64,000 nucleotides of DNA from Tubulanus polymorphus. Taxonomy: Eukaryota; Animalia; Nemertea. The notes under the pieces are model-generated. The model was not told where the DNA came from, searched no databases, and saw only the letters and a list, made by a program, of their open reading frames with translations. The translations under genes and the position numbers were made by a program. The DNA lies in NCBI RefSeq assembly GCF_964204645.1, contig NC_134032.1, forward strand, positions 4,612,175 to 4,676,174, written 5' to 3'. Positions 19,197 through 28,429 of this stretch are shown one piece after another. The stretch's first letter is position 1. The number at the start of each line of letters is the position of its first letter.

Positions 19197-19643
19197 TCAT
19201 CCCTGGAAGGCAGGGCTGGCCCAAGGCAAGACAGCCGACATCAGCGCAATCCTAGTATTACTAATATTCGGCCGAGTCCCTGCCCTTTTTAAATTTGGAA
19301 CAGGCGCCTTTGCGGGATCGCTGAGATTGGTGGGTGGCCGTTTGCGATTTTCATCGGCTATCAGCGCCTTTGACAAGATGGGCTTGCCCCCTGCGCTTTG
19401 CTCCTTTGGCCCAATCTTTGCGGGTGGATCAGGGCCCTCTTTGTGGATCGTAGAGATCACGCCCTGGTTCCTCGGGGGCCCTGCGCCAAGGGGCCTGCGC
19501 GGGGGTGGGCCATTGTCGCGCAATAGGACTCTCTCTATTCCCTTGACAGTGACCATATTAATGATGCTGACTGTAACCAAGATCAGAATCATAAGAATTA
19601 TGACCACAATGGCCGCGATCGCAGAATCACCTAGCTCATCCAT
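19197..19643 (-). CDS. Putative single-pass virion membrane protein with a Pro/basic tail
   Basis: N-terminal hydrophobic helix AIAAIVVIILMILILVTVSII; TATTATAG just upstream of the ATG. Confidence 0.65.
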   Translation of the reverse strand: MDELGDSAIAAIVVIILMILILVTVSIINMVTVKGIERVLLRDNGPPPRRPLGAGPPRNQGVISTIHKEGPDPPAKIGPKEQSAGGKPILSKALIADENRKRPPTNLSDPAKAPVPNLKRAGTRPNISNTRIALMSAVLPWASPAFQG

Positions 19644-19704
19644 TCTGGTCTATAATACAAAAAAGATCAGAGGCCTCGGGCTTTTTTTTTCTTAAATAGG
19701 AGAG

Positions 19705-20895
19705 ATGGCAGAATCAGGCGATAGAGTCGAGACCACGGCGGCATGCCTGGCATACTGCACCGACCAGGAATGCTCGATGTGCATATTGGTGCCTGATCAG
19801 TGCCCCACGCGCTCGCAATTAGATGTGGGCGATTACTGCATTTCGGCTGTAAATCCAGCGCTGACCTGCTCAGGCCTTAAAGTCATACACTCTGAGAGCA
19901 CGCACATGATTTGTATTGAAAAAAATGGCCACTCTTTCTTTTTTAAATATTTTAAGCCCTTGGCGCTTTCGCAAACATGCCAGGGCCTGCCAGCCCGCTC
20001 CATTACGACAAAGCTAGAGTGGGCCATCAGCACTTATAAAGATCTTATTGCAGAGATCTGTGAGAGCACGAGCCTACTGCTCCCTGATGCTCTCTTGGAG
20101 CTGGAGGCAGCGAATATCGCCTATGTCTTGGTCTATTGCGCAGATTGCCTGATGGAAACGCCCAAGACTGGTCGCAGCCTCTCTATTGCCGCCAACCTAA
20201 TGATAAATTCGCTCCACCCAGGCTGCGACGAAATTAAAGAGTTTTTGCTCAGGACTAGCCCCCCCAACATCGCCCTCGCAGCCCTTAGCGGATTTCTATA
20301 TGAGAGCCCTGCGCTTCCAAAGCTTAGTAAAACAGGGTTTCTCTTGGACATGGCCACCACACTCGACTTGTATGGGAGAGCAGTGCAAGATCATATCCCG
20401 GCCATTGAAAAGCTGCTAGAGTATAAAGAGGCGGCTTACCCCAATGTGATGCAGCTCGAAAGTCAGCCCTCTCTAGGCGATTTGATGCAGATCTATCACC
20501 AGCCCCTCCAGCAGCAGCGGGTCCAGTATGACTCCTTTATCTTTTTGATAGACCAGCTGTGCTTTTTGCGCAGGCGCTTTAGGGGCTCGACTGGCTTTTC
20601 GATGCCGGCGGCGATGTTGGCAATCTCCCTGCAATCAAGTTATGGAAAGGGCGAATACTTAGACGACATCGTCGAAAGCCCCCAGACGCTCAAGTCCTTC
20701 TGCCAAGATTTTATGTTTTATGAGGGCCCTGACATCCTGCATCGACTGAAAATGAAGCAGACGGCGCTACAGATGACTCTGACCGGAGGCGCCTATGCAA
20801 AAAAAAGGAAAAAAGGAGGGCCCGCTGACGCACCTAAAAAGCCGGCGTCAACCGTGGGGCGCCCGGCCTTCCGCATGCTCAGTCAGAAGCTATGA
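19705..20895 (+). CDS. Hypothetical viral protein with a Cys-rich N-terminus and a basic (NLS-like) C-terminus
   Basis: Intact 396-aa ORF; several Cys pairs; KKRKK near the end. Confidence 0.7.
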   Translation: MAESGDRVETTAACLAYCTDQECSMCILVPDQCPTRSQLDVGDYCISAVNPALTCSGLKVIHSESTHMICIEKNGHSFFFKYFKPLALSQTCQGLPARSITTKLEWAISTYKDLIAEICESTSLLLPDALLELEAANIAYVLVYCADCLMETPKTGRSLSIAANLMINSLHPGCDEIKEFLLRTSPPNIALAALSGFLYESPALPKLSKTGFLLDMATTLDLYGRAVQDHIPAIEKLLEYKEAAYPNVMQLESQPSLGDLMQIYHQPLQQQRVQYDSFIFLIDQLCFLRRRFRGSTGFSMPAAMLAISLQSSYGKGEYLDDIVESPQTLKSFCQDFMFYEGPDILHRLKMKQTALQMTLTGGAYAKKRKKGGPADAPKKPASTVGRPAFRMLSQKL

Positions 20896-20909
20896 AGGGC
20901 CCCCTGCGT

Positions 20910-21998
20910 TTACACTAAGATCTCAAGCTCTATTAGTCGCATGATGATCATGAGCTTTAGTTCGAGGTTTATATTTTTTTTTTCGAGCAGATGCGCGTGA
21001 TGGGGGCTTTTGCATTCATAGTACGAGCCCTCATACGAATACTCTGCCGTCACATACAGAAAGGGACTCGGGATGTTCTCATGGTCCTTAGATTTCATGA
21101 CGAAGCGCTTGGACCCTTCGATGAAGAGGGCGCGCAGGGTCTGCTGAATCTCCTCGTGATTGTATTTTTTTGGGTCTATCAGGTTGCGCGAAAAAAACCA
21201 GTCAGCGATGTCTTTGCTGCACATGACGGTGTGGGTTGCCGAGTGGCGCGTTCGCGGATGTAGATCAATGGCGCTATGGCAGAGCGTGATCATTGTGATG
21301 TTGAGGTGCCGATACCTGATGGAAATTCGGTTATATGTCTTGTCGTATGCGCAGCCCCCTAAGTCATCGAGTACCAAGATGATAGATGGCACCCTCCGGC
21401 ACATGTAATTAATGTGATATATATCTTGCTTTTCAAAATAGTGATCTAAGTGCCCATGCGTGGCGCGCATCAGCATTCTGTGCACGAGAGAAAAGAAGTG
21501 CCATATATAATCATCCTCAGACATCCCCCGCTGCCACTTTTCATTAAAGACGCCGAGAACGACGACAGTGTCTTCGAATGCATTGACCCGATTTAAATAT
21601 TCGGTGGCCAGGCATCGGCGCTCTGACGACCGAAACCATTTTAGGCGCGAGCTTTGCAGATTCTCAAGGGACTCTATATATATCTCGGTGCTGTCTTCGT
21701 AAGGCATCCACATGTAATCAGGAAAAAAAGCAGGGGTGAGTGTATTCGTTGGCGCTATTAAAAAAACCGGATGCCCATATGACTTTAAAGACAGAAGCAT
21801 AGACCTGACTAGCGTGGTCTTGCCACTGCCAGAACATCCTATCACTAAAATGCTTCTTCCTAAAATCCCTTCTGGGCATTGTTGAAATTTGGGGAGGGCC
21901 ATGGACCCCATGACTATCATATCAGGGGCAGGAGCGAATCGCACATATGGCTTCTCTCCGGCGCCCCTCGGCGCAAAGAAATCATTTAAGGATCCCAT
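20910..21998 (-). CDS. A32-like FtsK/HerA DNA packaging ATPase (ASFV B354L-like)
   Basis: Walker A VIGCSGSGKTT, Walker B ILVLDD, arginine finger YRHLNITMI, and LHPRTR. Confidence 0.9.
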   Translation of the reverse strand: MGSLNDFFAPRGAGEKPYVRFAPAPDMIVMGSMALPKFQQCPEGILGRSILVIGCSGSGKTTLVRSMLLSLKSYGHPVFLIAPTNTLTPAFFPDYMWMPYEDSTEIYIESLENLQSSRLKWFRSSERRCLATEYLNRVNAFEDTVVVLGVFNEKWQRGMSEDDYIWHFFSLVHRMLMRATHGHLDHYFEKQDIYHINYMCRRVPSIILVLDDLGGCAYDKTYNRISIRYRHLNITMITLCHSAIDLHPRTRHSATHTVMCSKDIADWFFSRNLIDPKKYNHEEIQQTLRALFIEGSKRFVMKSKDHENIPSPFLYVTAEYSYEGSYYECKSPHHAHLLEKKNINLELKLMIIMRLIELEILV

Positions 21999-22446
21999 CA
22001 GATGAGGGTCCCTGCGTCTTTAGGCTCAGCGTGATATTGGCGCATTGCATCCTAGTGATGAGCTTATCTCCCATGGAAGTTATTGTGAGCGCTTCAAATT
22101 TAGAGCGCCCGCAGTTTGGGCAGTACACTCCGCGCTCTTTGTGATTGATGCATTTGCCGTTGCAGTACAAGCAGTTGTATATTTGGATCTGATCAGGGCA
22201 GGTCGCAGATGTGTATGTAGTGGCCCCGCAGGCACAGTCCAAATTGCGCTGCATTTCGCCCCGATTAAACGAGCCCTTCTTCGAGCGCCCCCCGCGGTGG
22301 GGCTGATTTGTAGCAGGATTGATCGCAGGATTAATCGTATGGTAAGACTCAGCAGAGCCCTGCTTGTCGCTGCGGCGCGTGGGAATGGGCGCCATTAGCA
22401 CCGGCTGCAAGAAAGGCACCCCATAGCGGCTAATCATGTGGGTCAT
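21982..22446 (-). CDS. rpb2: RPB2 C-terminal (switch/clamp) portion, frameshifted from the upstream ORF
   Basis: TNQPHRGGRSKKGSFNRGEMQRN corresponds to TRQPxEGRxxxGGLRxGEMERD, followed by Zn-binding CLYC...CPNC. Confidence 0.85.
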   Translation of the reverse strand: MTHMISRYGVPFLQPVLMAPIPTRRSDKQGSAESYHTINPAINPATNQPHRGGRSKKGSFNRGEMQRNLDCACGATTYTSATCPDQIQIYNCLYCNGKCINHKERGVYCPNCGRSKFEALTITSMGDKLITRMQCANITLSLKTQGPSSDGILK

Positions 22447-22457
22447 GCACCGATCAG

Positions 22458-25400
22458 TCAGGTGGTTGCTTTTTTGGAACTGCGGCGAAGGCGGAATGAA
22501 AGACTTTTTGTTGCCCAGCTGATATAGGTATATAAGATGCCTGTTTCTATCGTATAATATGAATTCAGGGCCACCAACTCATCGGAGATCGCGCGCTTGG
22601 GGGTCATAATGGGCTGCTGAATCACAGTGGGCGCCACGCCGTCAGGGGTCTTGGGCAAATCAATGGGGCTGACGAGCTTCGAGACAACCGATTTATTGCC
22701 CGTAATCTGCGACAGCTTCGAAGACATGTCCAAGGGCTGATTATATATAAATTCAATGCAAATGATGCCCTTGTTGTTATTGTGCACTGACAAAGTCGCC
22801 GAGGTCACGATGCTCGAGATATTAAAGGCAAAGGTATGGACAGTTTTGCCAGTGCGCTCAGTGGTGATCATGGTATAAAAGCAGATCGTCTCATTTTTAA
22901 GGCGCGTCCCCACGGCCGGCAGCCCATTCGCATCGAGCCACAGCGGCGGCGACTGCAAATCTTTTCTTGCGCATAGCTTTTCATTATTATCCAATTTCTT
23001 GGTGTATTTACTCAAGCAAAGGTTTAGCCCAAAATCGCGAGACACAGCATGCGAATTTAGAGTGATGCCATCTTCCTGCGAATACTCATGCACAGTCAGT
23101 GCCGTGAGCGGCATCAGATAATACGTGGAGTTTAAGAGCGAAGACACCGTCAGGCCGAAGGGCACATTGGCGGACAAGAGCCCTGCGCTGCGCTTTTGGC
23201 GAAGTTCGGCCACATTGACAATTTCCGAAGAGCCCTTCGATTGCGACCAGGCAAATGTGCCTCGCTGGCAGGGCGCCGAGTCGATATTGGGATTGGAGGC
23301 CATAATAGAGTCAAGGGCCTGCTCAGGCATGCACATATAATCATAGCCCTTTTCGATGTTATGCCTATTTAGCCAAAATTCTCGATAGTCGCCGCAAAGA
23401 TGCAGGTGCGTGATCTCATTGGGCGACACAAAATCGATGAGCCCTGCGCTCAGAAAGTGCTCCATGGTTGTATTGCCGCGCGCGAGCTCATAGACATCTT
23501 CGGGCGTAATGGCCAGGCTCTGGCAAAAGTCTTGGGGGCGATTTTTGTACGCCACTTCGGCCTCGTTGGACACCACGCGAATGAGGGGCACCATCGGCGT
23601 GCCCTCTGCGTAAAAGATGCTAGTGTTGTTCTGTTCGGAATTGTAGTGCATCGACATCGCGCGCATGTCCTTGTTAGTGCGCCTGAGCCCAAACAGCAAG
23701 TCCATAATCCTGCGCGGATCGCAATAGCGCCCCAAGAGGGTCTGCTCAAAGAAGATATTGCAGCAGTTGATGTGATTGCAAAGGGGCAGGCTCTCTAGCA
23801 AAATGCGCAAGACCTCTGACTTGGGAATGGTCGGGATCGATGAAATGGAGGTGGGCGTGGGGATGGCATTTTTGCCCGGCTCGCCCTCAGGGGTGGACAG
23901 GGGGCACTGAAATGGGAACGAGTCCTTAGAGTTATAGCGAAAATGCACGTTGGTGTTTTCGGAGCTGTATACCTGATATGTATTAATCGAGTTTACGCGC
24001 CCCTGCCGCCCCATTTGGCCAGGCGAGCCCACTAGGTGGCGCTTTGTGGCCTCTGATATGACCTGCCCCTTTGTGTTTCGGCGCTTCATTTCCACATCTG
24101 AAATGGCTTTTGTGATGGGCAGCTCTTTTAGATTTTTGATGAGTTTGGGCATGTTGACCACGTTGAAGTCTTCTTTTATAATGAGGCTTTCTATACAATA
24201 TTTCAGGAACTTTTTGATATCGCGCGAAACTTCGGGATGCAGCGCCGAGGTCAAGTTCTTTTTGCTGTACTCATTGGACGTCCTCATGCAGCTGGCTTGG
24301 TAAGAGGCCCTAATTTGGGTGTTTACAATTTTTTTATGTTTGAGGGGATCGGGCTGCTTATAAGTCAAGTAATTTTGGATGGCCTCGCCGATGAGTTTGC
24401 CAGCGAGCTCGATGCCCTGCTCATTTGAGTGCGTTTTGTCCACTTGCGGAAACAGGCGCGCATAAAAAACTCTATAAATCTTAAGCGACGTCATCTCTTG
24501 CTCGTAGTTGTTTTTCAGTTTGACGAGCGTGTCTGTTTCGTCGCAGAGCTTGTATAGATACTGCATAGCGCCGTGTAAGGTCTCAATTTGGCGCGTCTTA
24601 TCGGACTCAAACAGCTGAAGCAGGAGCGTGCGCGCCTTGGGGACGATCTCGTGGCGCACATAAGATATGATCTTGGCTGTCATGAGCCGCTCAGAGAACA
24701 GGTCCTGCAGCTTAAACATCATCGAAAAGGGCATAGAAATGCTGTCAATGGGCGGCGAATGAATGCGCCAAATAAACTCCATGCCATCGCCATTGGGCTG
24801 AATCGAGTATGCATGGTTCATGGCGTGCGAGGTCGTCGATTCGCAGAGCATATTGCCAGTCATGTGGTAGGGCGCTGTCGAGTCTTTGGGCGCATGCTTA
24901 AAGTTATAAAATGGGTGATTTGTCGTCATGTCTTTGATCGTCAGCATGGTGTAAATATTGCCGCCCAAGATCAGTGGGGCCGTGTCTTGGCCGACGATTT
25001 CTTGCGGATATTCAAGCATGGCCTTGTAGATGAGCTCCCTGTACTGCTCGGTGGTGATATCATCGTTGGGATCGCAATCAATCAAATTGCAGGCGATCGA
25101 GCCGACGGGAACAGGGATCTTAAAAAAATCCATAGGCAGCGCCTGCGAGTACACAAGCTCCCCTGCCTTATAGAGATCGATTTTGAGATCGCACTCGACG
25201 GTGGCCAGGTAAGAGCCATTGCTGTTAATAATGCTGCTCGGGAGCACGGGCTTTCCATTTAGCTCAGGCTTGCGCAATCTATAGTTGACTAAGGTTCCTT
25301 CGCCTCGCCAGATCCCTGAGATGTACTGGGGCCGCATGCGGTTCGTCAGGACCTCTGAAATGCCCCGCCTGATAAACAAGTGGAAGGGCTCATACGTCAT

Positions 25401-25499
25401 CGAGAATTTAATACCCCCCGTGTAGCGCAGCATTTCCAGATATAAATAATTTAAAAAAGACGATGGCATCTCACCATCAAATTTTGACAGGGCCATCAT
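22458..25499 (-). CDS. rpb2: DNA-directed RNA polymerase second-largest subunit (ASFV EP1242L-like)
   Basis: KIPVPVGSIACNL, CPLSTPEGEPGK, GLIDFVSPNE, YSQEDGI, KLSQITGNKSVV and DLPKTPDGVAP. Confidence 0.92.
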   Translation of the reverse strand: MMALSKFDGEMPSSFLNYLYLEMLRYTGGIKFSMTYEPFHLFIRRGISEVLTNRMRPQYISGIWRGEGTLVNYRLRKPELNGKPVLPSSIINSNGSYLATVECDLKIDLYKAGELVYSQALPMDFFKIPVPVGSIACNLIDCDPNDDITTEQYRELIYKAMLEYPQEIVGQDTAPLILGGNIYTMLTIKDMTTNHPFYNFKHAPKDSTAPYHMTGNMLCESTTSHAMNHAYSIQPNGDGMEFIWRIHSPPIDSISMPFSMMFKLQDLFSERLMTAKIISYVRHEIVPKARTLLLQLFESDKTRQIETLHGAMQYLYKLCDETDTLVKLKNNYEQEMTSLKIYRVFYARLFPQVDKTHSNEQGIELAGKLIGEAIQNYLTYKQPDPLKHKKIVNTQIRASYQASCMRTSNEYSKKNLTSALHPEVSRDIKKFLKYCIESLIIKEDFNVVNMPKLIKNLKELPITKAISDVEMKRRNTKGQVISEATKRHLVGSPGQMGRQGRVNSINTYQVYSSENTNVHFRYNSKDSFPFQCPLSTPEGEPGKNAIPTPTSISSIPTIPKSEVLRILLESLPLCNHINCCNIFFEQTLLGRYCDPRRIMDLLFGLRRTNKDMRAMSMHYNSEQNNTSIFYAEGTPMVPLIRVVSNEAEVAYKNRPQDFCQSLAITPEDVYELARGNTTMEHFLSAGLIDFVSPNEITHLHLCGDYREFWLNRHNIEKGYDYMCMPEQALDSIMASNPNIDSAPCQRGTFAWSQSKGSSEIVNVAELRQKRSAGLLSANVPFGLTVSSLLNSTYYLMPLTALTVHEYSQEDGITLNSHAVSRDFGLNLCLSKYTKKLDNNEKLCARKDLQSPPLWLDANGLPAVGTRLKNETICFYTMITTERTGKTVHTFAFNISSIVTSATLSVHNNNKGIICIEFIYNQPLDMSSKLSQITGNKSVVSKLVSPIDLPKTPDGVAPTVIQQPIMTPKRAISDELVALNSYYTIETGILYTYISWATKSLSFRLRRSSKKATT

Positions 25500-25854
25500 G
25501 AATAACTCTAAGGCAGTCTAATAAATTTATCGGTATATATGTGGGAATTCCCTTTGTATATCGAGACAGCTCGGCCTGGCCAATCTGTTTATTATCAAGG
25601 TACGACCAGAACGTCTGGTTATCAGGGGCATACGCACTAGGGCGATCAACTATATAGAGGCCAGGCTTCTCTGCATAGGCATTGTGAATGGCCTGCACCA
25701 TCATGTAGGTGCCTGGAGACTTACAAAGCCCAGGCAAGCTGTACTCGGGCGGATATAAAAAATCAAGAACAAAAAATGCACAGGCAAAAAAGCATATAGT
25801 GAGCACTATAAGAATAACTAGAAAAGGGATAGCAGAGGTCAAAGGGACCTCCAT
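25477..25854 (-). CDS. Putative viral membrane protein
   Basis: MEVPL start after TATTATAG; hydrophobic IPFLVILIVLTICFFACAFFVL. Confidence 0.6.
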   Translation of the reverse strand: MEVPLTSAIPFLVILIVLTICFFACAFFVLDFLYPPEYSLPGLCKSPGTYMMVQAIHNAYAEKPGLYIVDRPSAYAPDNQTFWSYLDNKQIGQAELSRYTKGIPTYIPINLLDCLRVIHDGPVKI

Positions 25855-26771
25855 GACGTCTGCACTATAATAGAGAAATTTCTCTCGGGTGCTAGCCCTC
25901 TTCACTTAACTCAGTAAGTGATAGGCAGTGCCATTGTTCGAATGCGCCACGTTTTGAGAGGGCATGATGTGGTAGATAGTATTGGTAAGTTATTAGCTCC
26001 TTAAGTTAATCGCCCGTATGAGGTAAATTCAAATTTTCTATATTTCTCCATACCGTCCTTCTCAAAAAGTGTAGTTTACATCCGGGACTCATGGGCATTG
26101 GCTAAATCGCGGCAACGAAAATGACGGTCACGGATGGACTTTCGTCGAAACTTGCGGGCCGCGTCGCGCGGGTAGTTTAAATACGTGAATGATGGATAAC
26201 AAAATGATTTTGTGTAATTTTCAGAATATTTACAAAGAATATATTCACAAAATATTGTCAAAAAATGTTATTTTTAGTTCGTATTTCTCCATATAAATCG
26301 TTTGGAAGACTGGATTCGAATCCCACAAAAACACAGTCCCTTAGCAACGGGTCGAATTTATTAGAATAACAAGCGCGCCGGTTTCACAGCATCGCTAAGG
26401 GTCGAGTCCCGGAGAATAACTCGCGTGCGCGGTCCGCGTGTTACAAAATGACCGTCCCGCTCCACACAAGTACTGAAAAATCAACTCAAAATTTTGCCAA
26501 TCCCTGGGAGTAAAATGCCCTGCGTTTTTTAACATATCATATCTTTATGTGTTTTTTACTCCCGTTTCTCAAACGTTATTCACCTTTTCCGTTTCGAGTA
26601 TAATTCGTATACGCTATAATCCGTATTTAGAATACCGTTGTTCCATTAATTCCGCACCTATGCAATCCGTTGTAATACTTAGGAACAAATCTTTAGTGTA
26701 AAACATATAAAACTATTGAAGCCATGAGATTAAATGTTGAAATCTGACGTTTTTTAACTACAGAAAAATTT

Positions 26772-27598
26772 ATTGGTTCAAGTCCAGTATAGCGTGGAAT
26801 AGTTCCCCGCTCAAGGATACATTTTTAGAAAAGGAGTAATTCGGCTGCGTACTTTTCAAGACATACCGACAAACCGACGAACCGACATACCGACAAACCG
26901 TTAAACCGACAAACTCGTATTCCCTCGATCCAGCCACGGGTAATCCACGGAAAAACCCTGTCCGTCGATCCTAGCCACATTATATAAGGGTAATCCACGC
27001 AACCACACAGCCCCTCGATCCCAACCACTTTATAAAAGGGTAATCCACGCACCACACAGCCCCTCGATCCCAGCCACTTTATATAAGGGTAATCCACGCA
27101 CCACCTAGCCCCTCGATCCCAGCCACATTTTATAAGGGTAATCCACGCAACCACACAGCCCCTCGATGCCAGCCACTTTATATAAGGGTAATCCACGCGT
27201 CACACAGCCCCTCGATCCCAGCCACTTTATATAAGGGTAATCCACGCAACCATGCAGCCCCTCGATCCTAGCCACTTTATATAAGGGTAATCCACGCATA
27301 CACGCAGCCCCTCGCTTCCAGCCACTTTATATAAGGGTAATCCACGCACGGATTTGTCTTTATGTCGGTTCGTCGGTTTGTCGGTATGTCGGTTCGTCGG
27401 TATGTCGGTTCGTCGGTTTGTCGGTTCGTCGGTTTGTCGGTTCGTCGGTTTGTCGTTATGTCGGTATGTTCGCACGTCCCTATGGCGTAATGTCGTAAGA
27501 TTCAATCAGTCCAATATTGGCGGATTAATTCCAAATACCAGTCCAATGTGATAAGTCTCTGCTGGAACTATTTAATGCTATAATGGACTTGAGCCAAT
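26772..27598. mobile_element. Non-autonomous TIR element (MITE-like) with an internal minisatellite
   Basis: Imperfect ~40-bp TIRs (attggttcaagtccagtatagc... / ...gctataatggacttgagccaat) and inverted subterminal (accgac) repeats at 26861-26910 and 27355-27470. Confidence 0.75.
26920..27349 (+). repeat. ~53-54-bp tandem repeat, about 8 copies
   Basis: Unit cccctcgatcccagccactttatataagggtaatccacgcaaccacacag with variants. Confidence 0.95.
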
Positions 27599-28429
27599 TT
27601 ATTTTTGTGTAATCGAAAAAACAATAGGCTCTCAATTTGTAATCAACATTCCCAAACTCCAATGTTGTTTTTCGCAGAAAGTGCTCATATAAGGTTAATT
27701 TTCGTCCCTCATTTTGAGGGACGAGGCTTTGACTGTCTATTTTACCCCTTAAAACACCTCAAACTGACTGTTCTGCAATCAGATGGAAGTTAACTATTGT
27801 TTGTGCATAAATTTGTAATCCTAAGTAGCTTTTGACGATCGTAGTAGCTCAAAACATTTGACTAGAAGCCTAAAAAAAGCAACATAACAAATATGGCGGC
27901 TTTCGTGGTGCATGATGGGAGTGTAAATTACGAATTCGAACTTAAACTTGGACTGACATTGATGCCAATGCAGATATCATTCTTGATTCAAATTATTAAG
28001 GTTAAAATTCACCAAAATTTATGCGTTTAATCAACAAAAAATAACATTTAGAGTAATCTTAAAGAGACATATTGAATTTTCACATTTTATTAATTTAGTC
28101 CGTATTGGAAATTCCGATAGTGGCATTCAATTCAAATCAAATCAATAAATTCTCCGGTTCACGATTTAAATCCTCAAAATCTTTATTATAAAACACGTTT
28201 TCAAAGTCAACAAGGTAACTTCATTTGAGTACAAAGGTTTGATTTGACACTAAAATCAGTTGTTGCATTGCAATTAACAGGAGTTAACCTCTATATGATA
28301 CTTTAGCGTCAGACGTTGTAGGGAACCGTAACAACGACTGGTATTGAGACTAGTTTTGCGGGGGCACCTGTGTTCAGTATGGTGGCTGATTCGGGCCATG
28401 TAAAATTTTTTTTTTCGTCCTCCACGAAA

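Larger units (their letters stand above)
1..26000. mobile_element. Divergent asfarvirus-like (Nucleocytoviricota) genome segment, putative giant endogenous viral element; continues left of the window
   Basis: Near-contiguous intronless ORFs with NCLDV core motifs (PolB, RPB2, A32 ATPase, VETF-L, poly(A) polymerase, primase-helicase). Visibly more GC-rich than the sequence after ~26,000. Confidence 0.9.

Noticed and set aside
1043-25262. Many 60-220-aa antisense or alternate-frame ORFs within the large viral genes
   Set aside because: Shadow ORFs without motifs, expected opposite long GC-balanced coding sequences.
13156-25854. Assigning the three membrane ORFs to specific ASFV structural proteins (p54, p17, p12)
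   Set aside because: Only generic transmembrane helices are visible; no diagnostic similarity could be confirmed.
1-26000. Interpretation as a bacterial contaminant, phage, Polinton or herpesvirus/mirusvirus
   Set aside because: The joint presence of A32 ATPase, VETF-L, NCLDV poly(A) polymerase, RPB2/RPB9 and an RNA-primed PolB points to Nucleocytoviricota. No protein-primed PolB, retroviral integrase or terminase is seen in this block.
26920-27349. CRISPR-like regular repeat array
   Set aside because: Units are contiguous tandem copies with no unique spacers, no cas genes are present, and the array lies inside a eukaryotic TIR element.
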